From Vulcanimicrobiota bacterium (GTDB taxonomy: Bacteria; Vulcanimicrobiota; Vulcanimicrobiia; Vulcanimicrobiales; Vulcanimicrobiaceae), in the NCBI GenBank assembly GCA_963812155.1, contig CAWETW010000003.1, forward strand, positions 160,001-224,000: a DNA stretch of 64,000 bases, in the 5' to 3' direction. This document shows, in pieces, positions 52,930 through 63,670 of the stretch. The position numbers were made by a program, and so were the translations under genes. The notes under the pieces are model-generated. The model ran no database searches and was not told where the DNA came from. It saw only the letters and a list, made by a program, of their open reading frames with translations. Every line of letters begins with the position of its first letter. Position 1 is the first letter of the stretch.

Positions 52930-54462
52930 TTGAGGTTACGACTTCGATCGTCGCGTACCGCATTGACGGTTGCCTTTGCCGTGCTCGGCGCGCTTCCGGT
53001 GGCCGCGGCCGCCGCCGCCCCGCCGCCGATTCCCAAGCTCACGCCCGATGCCGTCACGCACCACACGATCGTGCTCGGCGGCCGCAGCCTGGCCTATGCC
53101 GCACGTGCCGGCACGATCACGCTGCGCAATACCGACGATCAGGCGACGGCGCGCGTTTTCTACACGGCCTACACCCTCGATGGCGCCGAACCGGCACACC
53201 GCCCGGTCACGTTCCTCTATAACGGCGGTCCGGGAAGTTCGACGATTTGGCTGCGGATGGGATCCTTCGGTCCGGTGCGCGTGCAGGCCGGCAGCAACGG
53301 GACGATCACGCCGGGGCCGCCTTACAACCTCGCGTCAAACCGCTACAGCCTGCTCGATACGACCGATCTCGTGTTCATCGACATGCCGGGCAGCGGATAC
53401 GGGCGCATCATCGGCGCCGGGAAGCCGAAAGATTTTTGGGGCGTCGATCAAGATGCCGATGCGTTCGCGCAGTTCATCCAGCGCTACCTCACCAACTTCA
53501 ATCGCTGGAACTCACCGAAATTTCTGTTCGGCGAATCGTACGGCACCACGCGCTCGGCGGTGCTGTCGGGCGTCCTCGCGCAGCGCGGTATCGGATTGAA
53601 CGGCATCGTGCTGCTTTCGTCGTTCCTCAATCCGACGGTCGACTACAACGACGGAGCGCCGATCGGCGGCGGCGACTGGGCTTACGTGCTCTATCTGCCG
53701 ACCGAAACCGCCACGGCGTGGTATCACCACGCCGTTCCCGGCTCGCCGGGACTGAGCGGGCTGATCGCCGAGACGAAACGCTTTGCGCTCGGCGAATACC
53801 TCGACGGGCTGGCGGCGGGCGCGCAAATCGACCCCAATCGCTACAACGACATCGTCGCGAAACTCCATCGCTACACCGGTCTTTCGGAGCAGTACATTCG
53901 CAACTCGAACTTGCGCATTCCGTACGACCGCTTCGAAAACGAGTTGTTGCGGCAGCGCGGGATCACCGTCGGCCGTCTCGACGGACGGTTTGCGACCTAC
54001 GTGCTCGATCGTCCCGAAATATCGCCCGATTGGGACGCCACCGACGCGGCCATCGACTCGGCGTTCGTCTCTACCGGCAACTACTACATGCAGCAGGTGC
54101 TCAAGTACGATCCGCCCCTGCTCTACCGCAGCGAGATTTACGACCTTATCTACGCCGACGGCAACAGCTGGGATTTCAAACACGGCGGCAATCCGCAGAC
54201 GTTCAACGTCGCGCCCGATCTGGCGCAGACGATGACGTATAACCCACGTCTGAAGATATTCTCCGCCAACGGCTACTTCGATTTCGCCACGCCGTTCTTC
54301 GCGACGCAATACGTGCTCACGCATCTCTACATCGCGCCGTCGCTGCAGCGGAACATTACGTACGGCTTTTACGAATCGGGACACATGGTCTATCTGCACC
54401 CGGCGGCGCTGGCAAAGTTCCACGCCGATCTCGAACGCTGGTATGCGATGGTGCTGCGCTAA
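52930..54462 (+). CDS. Secreted S10 family serine carboxypeptidase
   Basis: GGAGG then TTG 52930; NGGPGSS, GESYG, GYFDFATP, YESGHM. Confidence 0.92.
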   Translation: MRLRLRSSRTALTVAFAVLGALPVAAAAAAPPPIPKLTPDAVTHHTIVLGGRSLAYAARAGTITLRNTDDQATARVFYTAYTLDGAEPAHRPVTFLYNGGPGSSTIWLRMGSFGPVRVQAGSNGTITPGPPYNLASNRYSLLDTTDLVFIDMPGSGYGRIIGAGKPKDFWGVDQDADAFAQFIQRYLTNFNRWNSPKFLFGESYGTTRSAVLSGVLAQRGIGLNGIVLLSSFLNPTVDYNDGAPIGGGDWAYVLYLPTETATAWYHHAVPGSPGLSGLIAETKRFALGEYLDGLAAGAQIDPNRYNDIVAKLHRYTGLSEQYIRNSNLRIPYDRFENELLRQRGITVGRLDGRFATYVLDRPEISPDWDATDAAIDSAFVSTGNYYMQQVLKYDPPLLYRSEIYDLIYADGNSWDFKHGGNPQTFNVAPDLAQTMTYNPRLKIFSANGYFDFATPFFATQYVLTHLYIAPSLQRNITYGFYESGHMVYLHPAALAKFHADLERWYAMVLR

Positions 54463-54479
54463 TGCTGGGAAGAGAATAC

Positions 54480-56012
54480 GTGAAGAGGATTTGGATCTCG
54501 CTCGCATCGTTCGCGGTCGTCGCGGCGCTGGCCGTCTCGGGCGCCCGCGCCGCCGATGCACCGGCAGCCGCAGCGCAAGCACCGCCGCTGCCGCCCGCCG
54601 CACCCGATGCGGTGACGCAGCACGAGTATGCGCTCAATGGCCACACCCTTCCATACACGGCGCGCGCCGGAACGATTTCGCTTCAGAATCCGCAGGGCCA
54701 GACGACCTGCCGCATGTTCTACACCGCGTTCACGCTCGACGGCGGCAACCCGAGCACGCGGCCGGTGACGTTCTTCTACAACGGCGGCCCGGGCAGTTCG
54801 ACGATTTGGCTGCGGATGGGTTCGTTTGGACCGATGCGCGTCATCACCGGCAACACGAGCGCTAACGCGCCGTTCAATCTCGTCCCCAATCAATACTCGC
54901 TGCTCGACGCGAGCGATCTGGTCTTCGTCGACGCGCCGGGGACGGGCTTCAGCCGCATAGAGCCGCCGGGCAAACCGGACGAGTTCTACGGCGTGGATCA
55001 AGACATGCGCGCGTTCACGCAGTTCGTTTCGCGCTACGTCAGCACGTTCGGCCGCTGGAATTCGCCGAAGTTTCTCTTCGGCGAATCGTACGGTACGCCG
55101 CGCACGGCGGTGCTCGTCGACAATCTGCAGCGGCAGGGCGTCGGCGTCAACGGCGTCGTGCTGCTCTCGTCGGTTCTCGACTTCAACCTCGACTGGGACG
55201 TAAACTTTACGCCGGCCGCGATCGGCGGCGGCGACTGGGCGTATCCGCTCTACCTTCCGACCGAGGCGGCCGCGTCGTGGTATCACAACGCGCTGCCCGG
55301 CCCGCAAACGACGCTGCAGAGTTTGCTGCCCCAGGTCGAGCAGTTCGCGACCGGTGAATATCTCAACGCACTGGCGCAGGGTGCGAACTTGCCGCCGTCG
55401 ACCTACAACGACGTCGTTGCGAAGCTGCATCAATACACCGGACTCTCGACGCAATATATCCGGCTCTCGAACCTGCGCGTGCCGTACTGGCGCTATCTCA
55501 CCGAGCTCATGCGCAATCAGGGTCAAACGATGGGCCGCTACGACGCGCGCTTCACGTCGTACACGCTCGATCGGGTCGCCGACCGGCCGCAGTTCGACGC
55601 GACCGATTCGGCGATCGATGCCGCGTTCGTGGGTGCCGGAAATTATTACATCCGCCAGCTCTTACGCTACAATCCGCCGCTCGAATATACGCCGCTTGCC
55701 TTCGGCATCAACCGGCAGTGGGATTGGAAGCACAACGGCAATCTGCCGACCAACACCGCGCAGGATCTCGCCGAAGCAATGACCTTCAATCCCGGTCTGC
55801 GCGTCTTCTCGGCGAACGGCTACTACGACATGGCGACGCCGTTCTACGCGACGGTCTACACGCTCAACCACCTCAACCTCGAGCCGCCGCTGCAGAAGAA
55901 CATCACCTACGGCTTCTACGAATCGGGGCACATGGTGTATCTCCATCCGGAAGCGCTCGCGCAGTTCCACACCGATTTGGAACGCTGGTACGCCGAGGTA
56001 CTCCACCACTAA
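54480..56012 (+). CDS. Secreted S10 family serine carboxypeptidase (tandem paralogue)
   Basis: NGGPGSS, GESYG, GYYDMATP, YESGHM. Confidence 0.92.
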   Translation: MKRIWISLASFAVVAALAVSGARAADAPAAAAQAPPLPPAAPDAVTQHEYALNGHTLPYTARAGTISLQNPQGQTTCRMFYTAFTLDGGNPSTRPVTFFYNGGPGSSTIWLRMGSFGPMRVITGNTSANAPFNLVPNQYSLLDASDLVFVDAPGTGFSRIEPPGKPDEFYGVDQDMRAFTQFVSRYVSTFGRWNSPKFLFGESYGTPRTAVLVDNLQRQGVGVNGVVLLSSVLDFNLDWDVNFTPAAIGGGDWAYPLYLPTEAAASWYHNALPGPQTTLQSLLPQVEQFATGEYLNALAQGANLPPSTYNDVVAKLHQYTGLSTQYIRLSNLRVPYWRYLTELMRNQGQTMGRYDARFTSYTLDRVADRPQFDATDSAIDAAFVGAGNYYIRQLLRYNPPLEYTPLAFGINRQWDWKHNGNLPTNTAQDLAEAMTFNPGLRVFSANGYYDMATPFYATVYTLNHLNLEPPLQKNITYGFYESGHMVYLHPEALAQFHTDLERWYAEVLHH

Positions 56013-56023
56013 TCGACGCCCGG

Positions 56024-56097
56024 TGTCAGGCTGAGCGCAGCGTGCCACCCGCCTGTGTCATCCTGAGCGAAGCGCCGTAGGCGCGCAGTCGAAGGAC
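56024..56097. repeat. REP-like intergenic repeat elements
   Basis: TGTCAGGCTGAGCG followed by TGTCATCCTGAGCGAAGCG...GTCGAAGGA between convergent genes. Confidence 0.6.
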
Positions 56098-56105
56098 GGC
56101 GCTAG

Positions 56106-59100
56106 TTACGGTGCGAGTTGCAGGCCTTCGAGGCGCGCGAGCGTCTTCGCGTAGATCGCTTGCAGCTTGCGGAAACCTGAAACCATATCGTGCGTCGGCG
56201 CGGAGTCGGCGCTTTCGACGGCGCTTTCGAGATAGTCGAGCGCATTCGACAGATACAGGAAGCTCGTGAAGTCGTGCGAGTAGCTGCCCTCGGAGTCGTC
56301 GGGATTCGCAGGCGGAGCTTCGCCGGCGATTTCAACGCGCAGCGCGCGCGCCTTCGCAGCCGGCAACGAGGTGCGTTCGAGTGCCTGCGCCTTGGCGCGT
56401 GAGTCCGCGACGCGCGCCTGCAGCGCTTCGATTTCTTGCGCCAGCGCATACTGCGCGCGCAGATCGGCGTCGCTGCCTTCGATGCGCGGATCGCGCACGA
56501 CGCGCAACGGACGCTCGAGCGTTTTGCCGTTTACGGTAAGCCGGACGGTGTACGCCCCCGGAGGCGCAAGCGGGCCGGTTGCGTCCTTCACGTGGAAGTC
56601 CCATACGAACCGGTGCGCGCCGCCGTCCGCCGAAGGCGGCTGCTCGAGCGCTATCCACGATGGAACGACGGTAATTTTCTTTGCGTCGACCGTCTGCGGT
56701 TTGTCGGCGCTCGACCAGCGCCGCAGCACCGAGCCGTTCGCTTCCACGATTTCAATGACGACCGGCGTGCGCGCCGGCGACGCCAGATAATAGTCGAGCA
56801 TTGCGCCGGTCTCCGGATTTTCCGCGTAGGCCTCGTCGCGCGGCAGCGGCGTGCTCTCGTCGTTGCCGGGGCGCAGCCGGTAGGCCGCATCCGGCGCGAA
56901 TAAATAATCTCCGCTCGCGGCTAAGGCGTCCGCACGTTGGCGCAGCGGCGCCACGCCGTCGAGCACCCAGAACGCGCGACCGTGCGTGGCGATGGCCACG
57001 TCGTTGCCGTGCACGACGATATCGCGTACCGATGTGACCGGAAGGTTGAGCTGCAGCGATTGCCAATGCGCGCCGTCGTCGTACGAAACGTAGACGCCTT
57101 TTTCAGTTCCGGCATACAGCAAGCCGCGCCGTTGCGGATCTTCGCGTACGACGTTGACGAAGGAGCCGTTCGGAATTCCCGACGCGATCGCCGTCCACGT
57201 CGCGCCGTCGTCGCCGGTGCGATAGATGTACGCCGCGTAGTCTTCGAGGCGATGGCGATCGATCGCGGCGTACGCGGCGTGCGTATCGAAATGCGACGCC
57301 TCGATCGTTCCCACTTTACTCCACGACGTCAGCGCCGGCGGCGTCACGTTGCGCCAGTGCGCTGCGCCGTCGCGCGTCAGCCATACCAGGCCGTCGTCGG
57401 TGCCCGCCCACACTACGCCGGCGCGCAACGGCGACGGAGCGATCGTATAGACGACGCCGTGGCGCGAAACGCCGTTCGTGTCGGCCAGCGTCACGGGATC
57501 GAGGTTTGCCGGCGTCCCTTCCGACGCGCGCGAAAGATCGGGCGAGACCACCTGCCAGCTCTTGCCGCCGTTGCGCGACCGGAAAATGCGCTGATGGCTG
57601 ACGTAGAGCGCGTGCGGATCGGCCGGTGAAAAGACGATCGGCAGCGTCCAGGTATTCCGCCACAGCGTATCGGGATAGTTGAGCGTCGGATCCACGTTCA
57701 ATTCCCAGCCGGTGTCGACGCGTTCGGCGGTGACGGTGCCTCCGTACACGAGCCCGGGATGTTTGAGATCGGGCGCGATTTCGCCGCTTTCGCCGCCGGC
57801 GTCGATGGGACGAAACTCCCAGTTCGAAATTTCCGCGTATTTGCTGCGCGTCGGCTGCATCGCGGCGCCGGAATCCTGTTGCGCACCGTAGACCCAAAAC
57901 GGAAAGTGGTCGTCGGCCGCGATGTGATAGAATTGCCCCGTCGCCTGGTTATACCACGAACTCCACGTCGCCGCGCCGTCGACGCTGACGACGACGCCTT
58001 GATCGCTGCCGAGAATCATTCGCGACGGATCGTTCGGCTCGATCCACAACGTGTGATAGTCGTCGCCGCCGGGAGCGCCTTTGAGCGCGTCAAAACTTTT
58101 GCCGCCGTCGGTCGAGCGATACGCCGACGTGTTCATGACGTAGACGGTGCCGGCGTTTTTCGGATCGGCGGTAATGCCGCCGAAGTACCAGCCGCGTTGC
58201 CAAATGCGCCGTTCCCCGTCGGTGTGGGTCCAGGTAGCCCCCGCATCGTCCGAACGATAGACGCCGCCGTGTGCGACGTCGGAGTCGACCATTGCGTACA
58301 CGCGCGCGGGATTTGCCGGCGAGATTGCAATGCCGATGTGGCCTACTTTGGCGGGCAAGCCCGCGCTCAAGCGCGTCCACGTCGCACCGGCATCGGTCGA
58401 TTTGAAGAGGCCGCTGCCCGGACCGTTCGACGGCGGATACACGTTCCAAGGCGGCCGGCGCGTTGCCCAGAGCGCCGCGTACACGACGTTCGGACTGCTC
58501 GGATCGAGTGCCAGCGAAATCGCGCCCGTGTCGGGATCTTTATAGAGTACCTTGCTCCACGACTTTCCGCCGTCGATGGTTTTGAAGACGCCGCGTTCGG
58601 CGTTGGGCCCGTATTGATGCCCGAGTGCCGCAACGTATGCGACGTCGGCATTGCGCGGATCCACGACGATGCTGCCGATTTGGCGCGTATCGTCGAGCCC
58701 GATGTGCGTCCACGTCTTTCCGGCGTCGGTCGATTTGTAGACCCCGTTGCCGTAGGCGATGTCGGACCGCATGTCGGCTTCGCCGCTGCCTACGTACACG
58801 ACGCGCGGATTGCTCGGGCGCAACCGCAATCGCGCCGATGGAACCGATTGGCTGGGAGTCGAAAATCGGCGTCCACGTCCGTCCGGCGTTACGGCTTTCC
58901 CACACGCCGCCGTCGACCGAACCGAAGTAGAAGTGCTCGGGGTCGCCGGGAACGCCCGTTACGGCGAGCGCGCGCCCGCCGCGAAACGGCCCGATGAGGC
59001 GCCAGTGCAGTCCGCCGGTAGTCGAAGCGACGTTGGAAACCTCGCCGGCGCGAGCGAGGCTGCCGCCGGAAGCGAAGACGAAAACGAGCGCGAGCGCAAA

Positions 59101-59118
59101 AACAAAGCAGCGATACAT
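56106..59118 (-). CDS. Large secreted BNR/Asp-box (VPS10/sialidase-like) glycosyl hydrolase (frameshift near 58822)
   Basis: WRLIGPFRGGR and many S.D.G.(T/S)W Asp boxes; C-terminal helical domain. Confidence 0.88.
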
Positions 59119-59165
59119 AATCGCTGCTTACGAACCCTCGCTACAAAATCACTCCTGGGGCTTCC

Positions 59166-60211
59166 CTACCAGCCGCCGCCGGAGTCGCCGCCTCCGCCTC
59201 CGCCGCCACCGAAGTCGCCTCCGCCGAAGCCGCCGGCGTCACCGCCGCCGCCGAAGCCTCCGCCGCCCCAATCTCCGGCATTGCCGGCCCCGGATTGGCC
59301 GGCGTCGCTCTGCCAGCCGCCGCCGGCATCGCCGCCGCCGCCACCCCAACCGCCGCCGGCGTCGGGAGCAGACGTCTGCCCCGCATCGGCAGGGCCGATC
59401 GCGCGCCGCCGCGATTGCCGAACATTTCGTTGCCCAGCCACGCGCCGCCGAGGCCGCCGAGCAATCCGCTCCAGAAGCTTCCGCCGCCGCCGTAACCGCC
59501 GCCGCCGAAACCACCATAGCCGGGACCGTAACCGGCGGGGGGCATTCCGCCCGGCGCTCCGGGCGTTCCCGGAGGCGCTCCCGGCGGTCCGGAGTAGCGC
59601 GGCGTGGACAGCGCGCGCATCACCGAACGCAGAATCAAGAAGCCGACGACGATGATGATGATCCACCAGAACATTGAAAGGTGTACTCCCGTGCGCGTCG
59701 CTACGGCGGATCGCGTCGCCGGCACGCCGGTCGACGAGCCGGATTGACGCAGGCTTCCGGCGTGCGCGCGATAGACGTTGAGCACGCCGCCGACCGCGCT
59801 CGTGATTCCGGGGTCGAAGTCCCCGCTGCGGAACTGCGATTCCATCGTCGTGCGAATCGACTGCAGCACGTCGGGCGTGAACCAGCCTGCTTGTGAGCCC
59901 GCACGGTCGGGGACGATGATGTCGCGGCGGTCGTCGCGCGCGATGAAGATGAGGACCCCGTTGACCGCCTGCTGCGAGAAGGCGGTGTTCGCCGCGTCCT
60001 GCAGCGTCGCGCTGCCCAGCGACGGGACCGTCATGACGACGACTTCCTTGCCGGTTTGCGCGTTGAAGTTTCCGATGCGCTCGTTCAACGACGAGACGGT
60101 CGAAGCCGAAAACATGCCGGCCTGATCCTGCACGAAGTCGCGGGCAGCCGCCGGCAGAGCCGCCAGCGTCACGGCGAGAACGAGGCCTGCGAGGGCAAAC
60201 GAGCGCTTCAT
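59166..60211 (-). CDS. TPM domain protein with Gly-rich C-terminus (frameshift near 59405)
   Basis: Signal peptide, FVQDQAGMFS...EVVVMTV...GVLIFIA, TM helix, GGGDFGGGGGGGGDSGGGW tail. Confidence 0.85.
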
Positions 60212-60927
60212 CGAGTCGAGATCCTCCGGGCGTTTCTACCTTTGGGCCTCTGCGAAGTTTCGCCGCGGCGCACCTCCCCCGTGGCGCTTCCTTCCTCGTC
60301 GAAACCGTGGCGGACGTGAGCGTCGAGCACCGCGCGCGCCGCCGGAAAATCGCCGCGTTCGGCCGCATCGAGCATCGCGTCGTGCTCTTCGGCGAGTTCC
60401 TCCGCGCGACGGTAGCGGGCGCTGGTCACCCGAATGTAGAGCCGAATTTGCGCGAGCAGACTTTCATAGGCGCGATCCAGCATGGTGTTGCCCGCCGAGG
60501 CGACGAGCGCACGGTGCATGTCGAGATCGGCGCCGGCGATGCGCGCCCGGTCGCGCGTCCGCAACGCGCGCCGAAGCGCCGCGACCTGCGCGCGCAGTGC
60601 CGGCAGTGCCGCGGCGTCGTCGCGCTCGATCAAGCGTTCGAGCGCGAACCGTTCGAGTGCCAGCCGGAACTCGGTGAGTTCGACGAAACGCCGGCGCTGC
60701 AGCGGCACGACGATCGCACCCCGATAGGGCAGGATCGCGATAAGGCCTTCTTCCGAAAGCCGCAGCAGCGCTTCGCGCACGGGGCTGCGGCTGACGCCGA
60801 ATTCGCGGGCGACCTCGAGTTCGACGATGCGCGAACCGGGCGCGGCGGCGCCGCCGGCGATGCGCTCGCGCAGCAAATCGGCGACGCGCGTTGCGGTCGA
60901 CGTCCGTTCCAGGACACCGGCGCTCAT
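60208..60927 (-). CDS. GntR family (FCD) transcriptional regulator
   Basis: LRERI...PGSRIVE...GVSRSPVREAL..L.EEGL; D..MH and EH motifs. Confidence 0.92.
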   Translation of the reverse strand: MSAGVLERTSTATRVADLLRERIAGGAAAPGSRIVELEVAREFGVSRSPVREALLRLSEEGLIAILPYRGAIVVPLQRRRFVELTEFRLALERFALERLIERDDAAALPALRAQVAALRRALRTRDRARIAGADLDMHRALVASAGNTMLDRAYESLLAQIRLYIRVTSARYRRAEELAEEHDAMLDAAERGDFPAARAVLDAHVRHGFDEEGSATGEVRRGETSQRPKGRNARRISTR

Positions 60928-62273
60928 CGCACGCCCGCCGCGCGGCGGCCGGCCGCAAACCACGCCCATCCTAACGCTAAGAAGGCGAGAAAGTAGTAGA
61001 CGAACCATCGCTGCGGCGCGGCCGGCACCGAGTAGAACAGCATGACCGCAGGAACGAGCAGCAGCACCACGGCGAGCACCGAAATGGCGAAGTCGGCCGA
61101 GCGGAGCTCGCCGCGCCGCTTCACGTAGACGCCGGCAGCGATCGAGATCAACGCGTAGATCACGACGAAGCCGAACGAACTCAACGTGCCGCAGTTGTTG
61201 AAGATGTCGATCGGCGCTACGCCGCCGAGCAGCGACGCGCCGGTGACGATGAAGGTCAGCACGGTGACGACGGTGACCGCGACGTTCGGCGTGTCGTGAC
61301 GCGGCTCGATGCGCGCGAAGGCCGCGGGCAGTAAACCGGAGTTCGCCATCGCATAGGCTACGCGGCCGCCGGTCGTGATGCACGCCAGGCAGACGGAAAA
61401 GGCGCTGCAAAGCGCGCCGATGGCGATCGGCACGAGGAAGTATCCGGCATGGAAGATGCCGGCGAGCGTGCCGAGCGGAAACGTTTCTTTGTCGAGCGGC
61501 GGCGCGGCGTGGCGCAAGCCGAGAATTTCGGCGTACGTCGCGATGATGAAGAAGATGCTCGCGAAGATGACGCTGCCGAGAACGGCGCGCGGAATCGTCA
61601 CCAACGGATTCTTGGCCTCGGCGCCAAAGGCCGTCGCGCTTTCGAAGCCGACGAAACTGAAAACGGCGAACATGATGGCCAAGCCGATGCCGCCGGGAAA
61701 TCCGCCTTGAATCTTCAGCTGTGCGACGTCGATGGACGGCCCGTGCTTGACGAGCACGATCGCGACGAGCACCGTAATGACGGCCACCGAGATGGCTTCG
61801 AGCACGAGCATCACAATGGCGGAAACCTGCACGCCGCGATACGCGAGCAGCCACGCGACGAGCGCCATGACGGCGGCGATGGCAATTGCAGGCACGTGCA
61901 TGCCTCCCAAGCCGAGCAAAATTTGCACGAAGAGCGCCATCGCGCCGAGCGTCGCCGCCGCAACGAATCCGTAGGCCCACAGCAGCGACCAGCCCGCCAT
62001 CGCGCCGGCGGTCGAGCCCAGATTTTCGGCGACGTAGCCGTAGAGCGATCCGGCGGCGCTCGACCGCCGTGCGAACTGATTGATGTTCAGCGCGACGAAG
62101 ACGAGCATTATACCGCCGAAGAGGTACGCGAGCCACGTTCCGTTGCCGGCGTTTGCGTACATGTACGGTGCGATGAGAATCGGCGTCATGCTCGGCCCGA
62201 TGAGCGCGATCGACGTGGCGAGCACCTCGAGAAACGTCAGCGAGCCTGCGCGGAGTGCGGCCGGTTCGGTCAT
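60924..62273 (-). CDS. APC family amino acid permease
   Basis: About 12 TM helices; SFVGFESATAFGAEAKNP. Confidence 0.92.
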   Translation of the reverse strand: MTEPAALRAGSLTFLEVLATSIALIGPSMTPILIAPYMYANAGNGTWLAYLFGGIMLVFVALNINQFARRSSAAGSLYGYVAENLGSTAGAMAGWSLLWAYGFVAAATLGAMALFVQILLGLGGMHVPAIAIAAVMALVAWLLAYRGVQVSAIVMLVLEAISVAVITVLVAIVLVKHGPSIDVAQLKIQGGFPGGIGLAIMFAVFSFVGFESATAFGAEAKNPLVTIPRAVLGSVIFASIFFIIATYAEILGLRHAAPPLDKETFPLGTLAGIFHAGYFLVPIAIGALCSAFSVCLACITTGGRVAYAMANSGLLPAAFARIEPRHDTPNVAVTVVTVLTFIVTGASLLGGVAPIDIFNNCGTLSSFGFVVIYALISIAAGVYVKRRGELRSADFAISVLAVVLLLVPAVMLFYSVPAAPQRWFVYYFLAFLALGWAWFAAGRRAAGVR

Positions 62274-63670
62274 CGCGATTCCGGCCAGCGGCTGATGACG
62301 ACGCGCTGCTGGGTGTAGAATGCCACCGCATCTTTTCCGTGGCAGCGCAGATCGCCGAAGATCGAATCCTTCACCCCGCCGAAGGGAAAGAATGCCATCG
62401 GCGCGGCGACGCCGACGTTGACGCCGACCATGCCCACTTCGATGCGCGACGCGAACGTGCGCGCCGCGCCCCCGTCGGCGGTGAAGATCGAGGAGGCGTT
62501 GCCGTAACGCGATGCGTTCGCCACCGCAAGTGCGTCGTCGAGCGAAGCGACGCGCACGATTGCCAGCACCGGCCCGAAAATCTCTTCACGCGCAAGTTCG
62601 CTCGATGCGTCGACGCGATCGAAGATGACCGGCGAGAGAAAGGATCCGTCGCGCGGCGCCGGCTTCGGCCCCAGCAGCAGACGCGCGCCGCTCGCGAGCG
62701 CTCGCTCGACATAAGCGCTGATGCGCGTCATGGCGTCGTCGCTGACGACCGGCCCCATATCCACGGATCCGTCGGTACCGTGCCCGAGCCGCAGATTCGT
62801 CGCAGCCTCGACCAGCAGCGGCGCGAGCCGATCGCCGGCGTCACCGACGGCGACGACGACCGATCCGGCGAGACAACGTTGCCCGGCGCCGCCGAAGGCC
62901 GACGCGACGATTCCCGAGATCGTCGCCGGCGTAACGCCGTCGGGCATCACGACGAGGTAATTCTTTGCGCCGCCGAGAGCCTGCACGCGTTTGTGCGCGC
63001 GGGAAGCCTGCTCGTGCACGCTGCGCGCCACCGCCGACGATCCGACGAACGACACCGCTGCGATGCCGGGATGGGCGACGAGCGCTTGCGCGGTTTGCGT
63101 TCCGCCGTGCACGACGGTGAGCAGGTGCGGCGGGAAACCGCACGCTTCGGCCGCGCTTGCGATCAGGTCGGCGGTGAGCGGAGTCTGCGGGGACGGCTTG
63201 AGGACGAACGTATTTCCGGCGGCGATCGCGATGGGCGCCATCCACAGCGGAATCATCGCCGGAAAGTTAAACGGCGTGATGCCGGCGCAGACGCCGAGCG
63301 GATAGCGCACGGAAATCGAGTCGATGCCGCGCGCTACGTCGGGAAGCGCATCGCCCATCATCAGCGACGGCATGCCGCACGCGAACTCCACGGCTTCGAT
63401 GCCGCGCCGCACTTCGGCGCGCGCATCGGCGATCGTCTTGCCGTTCTCGCGGGCGACCGAGACCGAGAGTTCTTCGTGCCGCCGTTCGAGTGCGTCGGCA
63501 AAACGGAACATCAGCCGCGCGCGCTCCACGACCGGAACGCGCGACCACGTTTCGAACGCCTCGCGCGCGTGTGACACCACGCGATCGATCTCGGCGGTAC
63601 CGCTCTCGGGAACCGTTCCGATCACCTCGCGCGTCGCGGGATCGAGAACCGGCAGTTGCGCGGATGTCAT
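62270..63670 (-). CDS. mmsA: CoA-acylating (methyl)malonate-semialdehyde dehydrogenase
   Basis: GITPFNFPAMIPLW, SFVGSS, QALGGAKN, AFGGAGQRCLA, EEIFGPV. Confidence 0.93.
   Translation of the reverse strand: MTSAQLPVLDPATREVIGTVPESGTAEIDRVVSHAREAFETWSRVPVVERARLMFRFADALERRHEELSVSVARENGKTIADARAEVRRGIEAVEFACGMPSLMMGDALPDVARGIDSISVRYPLGVCAGITPFNFPAMIPLWMAPIAIAAGNTFVLKPSPQTPLTADLIASAAEACGFPPHLLTVVHGGTQTAQALVAHPGIAAVSFVGSSAVARSVHEQASRAHKRVQALGGAKNYLVVMPDGVTPATISGIVASAFGGAGQRCLAGSVVVAVGDAGDRLAPLLVEAATNLRLGHGTDGSVDMGPVVSDDAMTRISAYVERALASGARLLLGPKPAPRDGSFLSPVIFDRVDASSELAREEIFGPVLAIVRVASLDDALAVANASRYGNASSIFTADGGAARTFASRIEVGMVGVNVGVAAPMAFFPFGGVKDSIFGDLRCHGKDAVAFYTQQRVVISRWPESR

Noticed and set aside
59166..59600. 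ccgccg-rich low-complexity tract as a repeat element
   Set aside because: It is explained by the Gly-rich tail of the TPM protein on the minus strand.
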